Source: Haliotis rubra (taxonomy: Eukaryota). Taken from it: a DNA stretch of 64,000 nt. The stretch lies in NCBI RefSeq assembly GCF_003918875.1, contig NW_025767128.1, forward strand, positions 868,001 to 932,000. Direction: 5' to 3'. The translations under genes and the position numbers were made by a program. Each line of letters opens with the position of its first letter. The stretch's first letter is position 1. Positions 13,065-23,309 of this stretch are shown piece by piece. The notes under the pieces were generated by a model. That model did no database searches. It had not been told where the DNA came from and saw only the letters and a list, made by a program, of their open reading frames with translations.

Positions 13065-13923
13065 GCCTCATTAAATTTTCATACTTGGAGAGATTTAACA
13101 TAAGTACTTAGTACACGTTTGTTTGGGTTTTGTCTGTGTTTTTGTTTTGTCTTTAAAAAGAGGTTTAATGGTATTAACATATTGTATAAATACGTTCCCT
13201 TTCACCAAGGAACGTCTGTCTTGCAATAAATGATATATGTAACCTAATGTTGGCGATCTTTAGATTAAATGTTAGAGGTTAGCGAAATCATGGTTTAACT
13301 GTGATTCAGTTCTTCTATGGGGATCTGCAACAGCTTCTCTTTAGTGCCAAAAGTGAAGACGGAGACAAACGGTAAATTTCAGCATGCTATCACTGTTGGG
13401 AATTTCGAATGAGGAGTGACAATTGCACTGATTTACCTAAATACCTAATGATATATGGTTTCCATACGTAATTCCTAGGGCGAGAAGATCACATCTCTAA
13501 GACCGCTTTTGCCAAACCCTGAGCTGAGTTCAGTCCATGCCGTCTCTGAAGATCTCTTTTTAGGATTTACCAAACACAGTCAGTTACATTAAGGCCTGAA
13601 TGTGCCATGCTATATGGACTATTTATCACCGTTCTGTCCTGCACAATCCTGGGAGGGTGTACGGGATATGACTGTCTTGCAGGGTGTACTGTACACCGGC
13701 AAAACGGCCGAAACAAACGGCAAATTGTTGTCATCGTGTACATCTATATACTTTTGACCATTAATGCCACCATCGACACTGGCAACTTGATAAGTGCAAC
13801 ATAATGTTGTATTTGACTCGTGAAATTATTGCAGCTATGAACTGTTTTCACAAGGCGTAAAACGGCGAGTCTCAAAACATTAAATGATATGATGTTTTGT
13901 ACCATTGGCATAACATGTCACCT

Positions 13924-14181
13924 GTGAGTGAGTGAGTTGCCGCACTCAGCAATATTCCAGCTATATGGCGGCGGTCTGTAAATAATCGAGTCTGGACCGG
14001 ACAGTCCAGTGATCAACAGCATGAGCATCGATCTGCGCAATTGGGAACCGATGACATGTGTCAACCAAGTCAGCGAGCCTGACCACCCGCTCCGTTAGTC
14101 GCCTTTTACGACAAGCATAGTCGCCTTTTGTGGCAAGCATGGGTTGCTGAAGACCTATTCTACCCCGGATCTTCACGGGTC
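13924..14181 (-). mobile_element. Short interspersed repeat family 2 (acccgtgaagatc...gctggaatattgctgag), full copy
   Basis: Flanked by TSD catgtcacctgtg and absent at the paralogous site ~33620. Other copies at ~50158-50360, 19620-19750 and 54320-54490. Confidence 0.8.
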
Positions 14182-14304
14182 CATGTCACCTGTGTGCATT
14201 TATTGACCTCATCATTCACAAACAATTTCTAGTCTCCAGACGATATTTCAACAATTTTGTTAATGGATTATCTGCAAGCCAAGTATCAAATATGAGGACT
14301 AATG

Positions 14305-14790
14305 TTATCAATGGATGAGATGTCTGAAGCACTGAAATCTAAGACACATCTGCACCTTGTCGCCAATCCCTGTTTGAATTGTTCCACCTTCTACAGGACA
14401 AGGTCAGCCCACATCAAGGCCACATAACACATAGATCACAGAGAAAACAATCAAGATCTTGACCGACATTACAACAACATATCTGTAGTTGATAACTGTT
14501 GGGTCAGAGCTATGTCTCAACATCCATAATAAATGTTACCACTGTTGCAAACGCCACCCCTCTATCCCATACAGTTTTCCTGATCACCCGTGTAACTATT
14601 TGATCGAGTGCGTAACAAAACCAGGTACATTTAGAAGTTAGCTATCAACCCAACTGGGCACCTTTAGATTCCAGCCCGATTACGACATAACATGATGAAA
14701 TTTATCTGGGAATCTTCATCCCTTGTTCTCAGCACCAAGCTAGTTCTGACAGATTGTGTTGAGAACTGGGAAAGAAACATGCTAATTATA
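14305..14790 (+). pseudogene. Fucosidase ghost module (exon-3 remnant followed by exon-1 remnant)
   Basis: EMSEALKSKTHLHL...LQDK at ~14315-14405, then YQPNWAPLDSSPITT*HDEIYLGIFI at ~14643-14710. Confidence 0.75.
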
Positions 14791-15453
14791 TAGACTTAAG
14801 GAAGAACAACTACTACAGACAGGATTGGACAGATTTTACAAAAGTTTTAAAGAAGAATTTATTATTAACTAGTATTCCAACCATTCGCAGACAGACTTGT
14901 GAGTCTAACAAAGCTGAGAAATTATTTTGAAGACGTATGCACTGACTTTCGTATCAGCTTCAATCTTCATCTGGTGTGTATGGTTAAATGTTGAACTACT
15001 TGAACCCATACACCAGTCAACGCAGCCTTGAACGTACCTTGCAGATAGTAAGATCCCTCTAGCAGATATAACGCCGACGGCAAAAATCAATGACTGTCAC
15101 TAAAATTATGGAACGAAGGGGGAGACCATCAACAGCCTCAGCAAATCCTTTCATTGCAAAGGGAAGCAACTCTTAAAAATGGTTTTACAACATTTGCATA
15201 AAAAGAATGAAACTGATGAAACTATTATCATTTATTGTTACATACTACACACACGTATGCCACTTTACCTCTTCCAATGGGTACTTCTTTCTCCTGAAGT
15301 TTGCATAACATTGGCCGGAGATTAAGAGAGCTGAACGAATTTCTACTTTGCAGACTTCATGCTTTACTGAGAAGATCATAATTCTTAAGAATTTAAATTT
15401 CTTTGATATGATATAGAACAAACTTTATGGATCACAACTTTATTTATTCGTGA

Positions 15454-15495
15454 GTGCGACGTTTCGATACAGATTCTTGTACCGTTGTCAAGCAT
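15454..15495 (-). ncRNA. Minimal type-I hammerhead ribozyme variant (Penelope-like element remnant)
   Basis: Minus strand atgc-TTGACAA-c-ggtaca-agaatc-tgtatc-GAAAC-GTC-gcac: U3/A8 variant core, 6-bp stem II, palindromic ACGT stem III, short stem I. Confidence 0.55.
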
Positions 15496-15898
15496 AAATG
15501 GAACATGAAGAGGGGGGTATCTATCTCTATATATATATTTATATATATATATAGTGATTTCTGCAGGTGTATAAGCAATAAATATATAAAATAGAAGTGA
15601 CTAATTATCCTTGATACCAATTATGGTGACATAGCGAGAAACATGTCAAATTTCACCTTTCTTAGTTCAGCACTCTTAACGCAAATTAACGTGGAGACAA
15701 TCTTACGGCTCTTGTCAAATCAAGGTGAAAAAAACGGACATGGAAACATCCATTATCATCCAGCCGATCTTTAACCTTTAACATATGTCATTCGATGTAA
15801 TCAGCTGTGCTTGACTTCGTTTGTGTCTATAGAGAGATCGTGTTAAAGTGTCATCGCACTTGGCATAGGATCACAGACACATCCATCCTTCATCAATA

Positions 15899-18800
15899 AT
15901 GGACACAAAGACGGTCGTCCTGATATTCCTAGCTTTAACGACAGCAGATGGACGTTCAGCAAACAAGAAGCAGACTGAGATTCGCTACGACCCCACATGG
16001 GAGTCCCTAGATTCAAGGCCATTACCAACATGGTATGATGAAGCCAAAATTGGAGTCTTTGTGTCATGGGGAGTCTTTTCTGTACCAAGTTTTGGAAACG
16101 AGTGGTTTTGGGAAGGATGGCAAGGGGACAAAAATCCAAAATATGTTCAGTATATGCAGGACAACTATAAACCTGACTTCACCTATGCTGCCTTTGCAAG
16201 TGACTTCACGGCAGAGTTTTATGATGCTGAAGCTTGGGCTGAACTGTTTGCGGCTTCTGGAGCTAAGTATGTTGACATTTATTCACTGAGAACGTGTATG
16301 TTGTAATTGCAGCAGTAATTAATCTCTTAGTAGCGAGTGAGTGAGTATAGTTTTACGCCGCTTTTAGCAATATTCCAGCAATATCACGAAATGGCCTTTA
16401 CATATTGTACCCATGTAGGGAATAGAACCCAGGTATTCGGCGTGACGAGCGAACGCTTTGACCACTATGCTACCCCACCGCCAATAATCTCATAATAGCT
16501 TCATGGCAGCCCGAGTTAGTGGGTGACATGAGAGTGATGAGAGTGTACGTTATTTGGTGAGTGAATCGGCGAGTGAGTGTCTGCGTAACACACATCGACA
16601 TGGATATGTTTCTACAAAACCTTTGGATCAAAGGGCTAGGATGATTAAATCCTCACACAGAAAAAGATAAATGAACCTGCTTAAAAACGTTTATTCAGTA
16701 ATATGCAGAATATGTGTGATCAAAACACACCCAGTACATGCACATCGTGAGGCGATTCTAAGAAACGTTTGGCATTGAGTACAATGTGAATGTATCATTT
16801 CAGGTTGTCAAACAATCCCTAATGAAACATTCCTGGCAGTAATGATTAAAGGGGCAATGTGTTTCATATTTTAGCCATGACCTCTACTCAATACTCAATC
16901 ATGAATCACCCCATGTTCAGTCGTGTTTTTTCAGATACATTGTGTTTATAACTAAACATCATGGAGGGTTTTGTAACTGGGCGACTAATGTCAGTTTTAA
17001 CTGGAACTCAATGATGGTTGGTCCCAAGAGAGACCTTGTTGGTAATTATACGTTAAAACTTATTTCAACCTGAACAATATTTCATTGTTCAAAATTATTA
17101 ATTTTAGATTTTGTAATAGTTTAACTCGTTTAGGTTTTTATATCATCCTCTTCAGTTTTGTCGAAACAAAGTTTCGCAAATTTGAAATATTATTTTAATG
17201 TTATGAAGATAGTAATCGATTATTTTAAGAATTCAAAGAGAAGTAAATCAATTTGGCAAGGAAGCAGTGTAATTTGGTCATTTATTCTTCTGATATCAAC
17301 ATGAACAAAAACAAATTTATGCAAATATTTTTTTTATTTCAACGAAATATTATATTTTCAAATTTGATAATAGATGATCTGAAAACAAGTGTAAAATATG
17401 GGTCCTTGTGTTAATAAAAGGTGAGATGTCTCAAGCACTGAGATCAAAGACAGATCTGCGCCTTGGCCTGTATCACTCCCTGTTTGAGTGGTTCAACCCT
17501 CTGTATCTACAGGACAAGGCCAACAACTACACCACCACCAGGTTTGCTAAGGTCAGCTTTACTAAATTTATCACTGATGGATTATCGAGAATTGGACGTG
17601 AGTACCTAGGTTCGGGAGCTGGTTTTGAGTGCGAATGAAAGTGTAAGTTTGGTAGGTTAGTTCACTTCGACAGAGATGGTCTGTGTTTGTGTCCCGCCAT
17701 CCCATAGCCAGTGACGTAAACCCACACCCTTTCCTTCAGGAAAGGTAAAAGTTGCCTCTCCGAAGGACTGAAGTCAATACTAGACATCCTCAGCTGATAC
17801 TTACTGGGTTATATGGAGCTTTATACATCTAAGCAACTGATGTGGTCACCTGACCTGCTTCATTAATTAAGTTGTTAATGTTGTCTTGTTGAACCAACAG
17901 AACAGTAATCGTATTGATCGTGCAATGACATCATGTACCATAATAATCAAATAAATTTCAGGAAAAGACTATTCCTGAGCTGTATGAGCTTGTGAACACC
18001 TACAAGCCTGACATTGTCTGGTCTGATGGAGACTGGGAGGCAACAGATAACTACTGGGGGTCCAGGGAGTTTCTGGCCTGGCTCTACAATGACAGGTATA
18101 CGGTTGCGTTGTACCCTTTTACTTTGTGTCTTTGTTAGTCTGTCTCACAGTCCCTGAACCATATCATTTTCCCTACAGCCTAGCCCTCCCTGCAATGTTA
18201 AAGCCTTACATGAAACAAGTCTAGATTTCCTCAGGTTCTGAATCTCTGGCTTCTATGTCTTTGTGTAAATACACTAAAAACGGAAATCGGTGCACTCATG
18301 GCATATTTAGAAGGTAGAAAGGTTTCTCGTCATGACATTGACAGTATTTAACAAATGTATGTTCATTCAGTATGTTTATGGTAACTGCAACAGACCAGCA
18401 TTTGATACGTAAAATGCCCAAATAAACCACCACCTATAACAAGTACTTGTTGTACATGTACATACATTTATCTAGCTGCACAGTGTCAATGGATTTAACA
18501 ACAGAGACCTCTTTTGGTATCTTCCAAGAAATTAGGCAAGTGAATTTAAGAAGACCTGCTTGATCATAGAACGTCTGTCTGTTCTGTTGAAATTTTGCAA
18601 ATATGTCATTCATAGCTTATATAATATTTGGATTCTTGTATAGGCAGTGGTATTCACATATTCCAGCAAATGGCAAATGGGCTGGACTCAAGACAAGACT
18701 CCTCAACACAGCAACAAGCCCTAGCCATCTTGTACAAATCCATCTCTTAAATATATTCTCTTTGCAGCCCTGTGAAGGAGATAGTCGTCACCAATGACAG

Positions 18801-21800
18801 ATGGGGAGATGGAGACCATTGTGAACATGGAGGGTTCTTGACATGCCATGACAGGTACAATCCAGGTACGAAACATAGTGAGTGAGTTAGTAAGTATGTG
18901 TAGTGTCAACCTGATTTTAGTGATAACATGGTTGGGGGCATCGGAAATGGTTTAATACACTATACACATATGACGACTCGAAAACAGGTCTTCAGTTATT
19001 AGTGAACACTTAAACCTTAAGGCTACACTCCATCCTTCTCACTGTAGGAAACGATACAATTACGGTCAATCTCTTCCAATAATTACCTCACATGGAACTA
19101 ACACTGATCACATGAAATTAAACGTCAAAGATGAGAAATTGCCCCCGAAGACCCAGGTTCGATTCCCCACTTGGGTACAATGTGTGAAGCCCATTTCTGG
19201 TGTCCCCCGCCGTGATGTTGCTGGAATATTGCTAAAAGCGGCGTAACGCTAAACGCACTAACTGGGATTTGTAATTCAATATCAATTTATCAGTGTACGT
19301 AGATGGGGATCACTGAACTGATCAAAGAATTTACTATATTCGGAAAGTTAAAATATTTCATTGAAATATCTTAGGTTCAGAATATTGTGTGATCAGCGAT
19401 TATCAAATGAAGTTGTTGCACATGCATGAACAATAGGGCTGTGACAATCCAATTAAATGTTTTATATGTTAAAGGGGTACTTCAGCCAAGGAAGTGGGAG
19501 GATGCGATGACAATTGACAAGAAATCGTGGGGATTCCGTCGAGAGGCGGTTCTGGATGACTTTCTGACGATGGATGAGATTATAGCAGTGCTGGCTGAAA
19601 CTGTGAGGTAAGTAAACTGATTTGTTTGTTTCTTTCTTTCTTTCTTTTTAACGCTGCATTCAGCAATATTCCAGCTGTGTGGCGGCGGTCTGCAAATAAT
19701 CGACTCTGGACCAGACAATCCAGTAACCAACGATATGAGCATTGATCTACGGTAATATATATATGGCCTACATGAAACAAGAGGTTAATAATATGATCAA
19801 CGTCCTGTGCTTTTGATGGTATTTAGGCACGGAACCAAACAAGAAACACACCCGAAACAATATAGTGCTTCGTGCCTCCTTCCATAACCCATGTCACCGC
19901 TGTAGTGAAGTTGATGTAAAAGAGCTACACTGAACTAACGTGCATTTCCAGCAAGACATTTTAGCAGGAACTGCAGAGTAGCCCAAACATGGTTCATGAA
20001 TGGATTATTGTGTCGTGCAACCAGGATACAATATTTACTGGAATGAATACCTTATTCGGCAATATACCTGAATTCTTATTGTTACTTACCTTCCATTGTT
20101 TGGTGAAGATCTGAAGATTTCTGGTTGAACTTACTGTTTTAATTTTGAGTATCCGCTTGTGAGAGGAATCTCCATAGGCCTCAGGATAATAGTATGCCTT
20201 AGAGCTGGCAAATATCAACCTATGTACCTTTGTGAGGGATGTGACTCTGCACAATGAATTAGAAAGCTGTCCTACCTGTGACCTAACATGTATCATGATC
20301 ATACCAGTTACCAAATAGTGTTTCATGCTGTTACTCTCCTTTACAGCTGTGGAGGGAACTTGCTGATCAATGTGGGGCCAACCAAATATGGCATGATCAG
20401 TCCAATCTATGAAGAGAGACTGCGTCAGATGGGAGAATGGCTGAAGCTGAATGGAGAGGCTATCTACTCCTCCAAACCTTGGGTGGCCCAGAATGACACA
20501 GTCACACCAGGAGTTTGGTAGGTACTTTCTGTATTCCACACTTTGGGTGGCCCAGAATGACACAGTCACACCAGGAGTTTGGTAGGTACTTTGTATATTC
20601 CACACCTTGGGTGGCCCAGAACGACACAGTCACACCAGGAGTTTGGTAGGTACTTTGGCCCAGGGTAATACACCAAATCTCCTGTTGGTGGCATGGCGGT
20701 TTTCCAATAGGTATAGACATGTGGAAAACTAGGTTTGCTAGTCCTAGACATATGGACAAAATAGATTTCCTAGTCCTAGACATGTCGGGAAATCCTATTT
20801 TCATTTAGACATATGAGAATATAGGAAATATAGGATGCCACCACAAAGAGATTTGTCTCCAGACCAGGTCCAAGAAATCAGCGCCCTTCCTGGTGTGCTC
20901 CCGGCAGCCGCGGTCAAAAAGCAGATCGGTATCGGGTCCAAAGGCTCTACGACCTATGGCAAGAGCCCTCCAGCACAACTGTATTGCCCACTGCAGAACC
21001 GTCGACCGACACCCTCTTGCCCGCTAGGGAGGTAGCTCCCATCTAGGACTTCTACAACCGCCTGCAGAAGACCGAGGCCTGTGCCGAGCAAACCACGACT
21101 ATGTTGTTAGCTCGTGCGGAGGAAACCACGACTATGTTGGTGGACATCTTGTCTAGGCTGGACGACGACGACAACAAACTCCGCGAGGAAATAGAAAGCA
21201 TAGAGGAGGAACAAGAAAAGGCCCGTCTGGATATCCAGAAGGCGGGGCAGATGCTAGAATCGGCCCAAAAGTGTACTTACCTTTCGCTAGCCGCCGTTTT
21301 TGTCTGGTCAGTCGTCCACAAGACCTGGAAGCACTGCACACCGGCCAACACACAAGCCAATGAAAAGACAGCAACTCCCAAACCCGGGTGTTTTCGTATG
21401 TATGTTTGTATGTTGCTGGGTTTTTTTTGGACTAGATAGAAGCTATACCCGTTTGGTCTGCTTCATCTGACGAATCTCTACGGGTGTCTGTTCCTTCGAC
21501 TCTCTAGGGAATACCAACTCAACTTTTCGATCGTCTTTCCTTTCTGAAATGGGCGAGTAGCAGACTTTTTGCCAAGTCTACACAGTAATGGCCATCCCAC
21601 CAACCGTAGAGTTTCTATTGAACCGGCTTCTCGAGTCGTTTCTCCTATTTTGTAGCCATAGACCGGAATCGTTTCTCCAGTCGGCATAGAGCAGCAGCAA
21701 CAGTCTGTTCTTCCCTTCGTATTTGGCTACGGCAAACGTTTTGCACATGTAGCTTTCCTCTGGGACGTCTGCGAGGAGGCGTTTGTATCGCAGGCACCAG

Positions 21801-23309
21801 AGGAGGCAGTCATCGTCATAGAGGTTCTCAATCGCGATGTTTTCTGGAACCTCGAGTTGGAGTCGCTCCGGGGGTGTATAGTCTTTTTACGTTTCCAGAG
21901 AACGCATGTCTTGCTGGCAACGCAGTGGTCTATGGTGCCGCACTTGCAAGTAGAGTTGTCGGAATTTGCCTGCTGCAGGTCGAAATTGGTTTGGTGGGTA
22001 CAGGTAGACAAAATGGACTATTTTGCCGAAAACACATCAAATACAATTCAAATCGAGAGACTGTTGGGGGATCTGGTATCGCTCGTAGACGGTGTGTCCT
22101 GTTTGCTCCAAGATTTGTTTCTCTTTGTCGGACAGCAAGAGAGGGGGACACTTTCCTAGCAGGGTCTCGAAGACCTCTGCCATGTCGGAAGTTGTCTCTG
22201 TTTGTGTCTCGGGGTCTATTTTGGAGCTTCCCCGGATTTGCATAAATCTGGTTTGCGATATGTGGTACTTCTTCTTCGTGGTTAAAAATACATGGAAACG
22301 TGGACGTAGACTCACCACAGGCTTTTCTCCCATTGCTTTAACATTGGCTCCTCCTCTGTCGGTCTTTCTCCCACTTCCTATACTACTCACCAGGAGTTTG
22401 GTAGGTACTGTACATATTCCACTCCTTGGGTGGCACAGAATGACACAGTCACATCAGTATATATCACACCTTGGCTGGTCAGGAATGACAGTCACAGCAG
22501 GGGTTTGGCCTATAATAGCACAGGCATGAAAGGATTATGGTCGGTATTCTCTGTATGTGCTTTGGCTGGTAAAGAATGAAAGCCACACCGGGAGTTTCGC
22601 ACATACTTTAGATGTTCAAAACCTTGGCTAGCAAAGAGTCACACAGGCAGTACAAGAGTTTGCTAGGTTCTTCATGTGTATACTGCTGAGATTTCACATA
22701 ACTTGTCGATGACGGGTTCATGTGAACACAACCCCCTGCCTTTGTTATTTGTTTGGTGTTTATAATGGCAAATGTGGTGGAACAAATTACAAGGTGGGTG
22801 AAACTGGAGCAGATCATTCCTAATCAGCGTTTTCAGTTTGTTGTTGCATAAATTATGCTTGATTTTCATTTTCTGCCTGCTTTGTCAGCTTCTAAATGTG
22901 ATAAGGAGAAACTTTATGGATGAACAAATTCTTTATTCAGGTGAAGCCACGTTCTAAATGACGAACTTCTAAAGAAGCCACTCAAAGAAGTTAGCTTCTA
23001 AATGTCACAACTTTGGTCTCAGGTTGAGACAGATTGAGTGCTCTTTTATACTTCATTGTGTGATCTCTCTTCAGGTACACACAGAAAGGGGGGACGGTGT
23101 ACGCCATTGTGCTCAACTGGCCACAACCAGGTCAACTCATCCTTGGATCAGCTTTGCCAAAAACTGGAATGAAAGTCAGTCTCCTTGGCTACACTGAAGG
23201 CTCTTTCTCCTGGCAGAATGCTTCACCCAAAGGAATCAGCATCACAATCCCTCCCATCCCTGCCAACAAGATGCCATGTCAGTGGGCATGGGTCTTCGCA
23301 ATGATATAA
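15899..23309 (+). CDS. FUCA: Alpha-L-fucosidase (GH29), copy B1, 8 exons, ~458 aa, signal peptide
   Basis: Exons 15899-16266, 16935-17041, 17421-17551, 17962-18095, 18768-18865, 19475-19607, 20347-20517, 23075-23309. GT-AG, total 1377 nt in frame. Confidence 0.95.
16335..16482 (-). mobile_element. tRNA-derived SINE family 3 with (ACTC)n tail
   Basis: Minus strand ggcggtggggtagc..tagtgg...ggttctattccc...gctggaatattgctaaaagcggcgtaaaac..(actc)n. Related copies at ~18875-19035, 19145-19262, 36898-37042, 38015-38162, 45113-45270 and 55482-55605. Confidence 0.8.
20471..20660 (+). repeat. 64-bp minisatellite made of the B1 exon-7 3' end plus its 5' splice site
   Basis: Three copies of cc..ccttgggtggcccagaatgacacagtcacaccaggagtttg|gtaggtac, with donors after 20517, 20581 and 20645. 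Decayed copies continue at 22388-22670. Confidence 0.95.
20660..22387. mobile_element. Terminal fragment of a Polinton/Maverick (adintovirus-like) element in B1 intron 7
   Basis: GC-rich, intronless insert interrupting the minisatellite. Right end ...cccacttcctatACTACT reads 5'-AGTAGT on the minus strand, a typical Polinton terminus. Convergent decayed ORFs. No left terminus found. Confidence 0.55.
20835..21439 (+). pseudogene. Unknown ~200-aa protein of the inserted element (HTH-like N-terminus, coiled coil, hydrophobic helix)
   Basis: [30 protein letters not shown], then a frameshift to RLYDLWQ..., one stop, then an acidic heptad region and [14 protein letters not shown]. Confidence 0.45.

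Noticed and set aside
20471-20660. CRISPR-like array
   Set aside because: Eukaryotic context; the units are whole tandem repeats without unique spacers, and there are no cas genes
19994-20804. Minus-strand ORFs of 203, 100 and 61 aa
   Set aside because: Antisense shadows of fucosidase exon 7 and the 64-bp repeat
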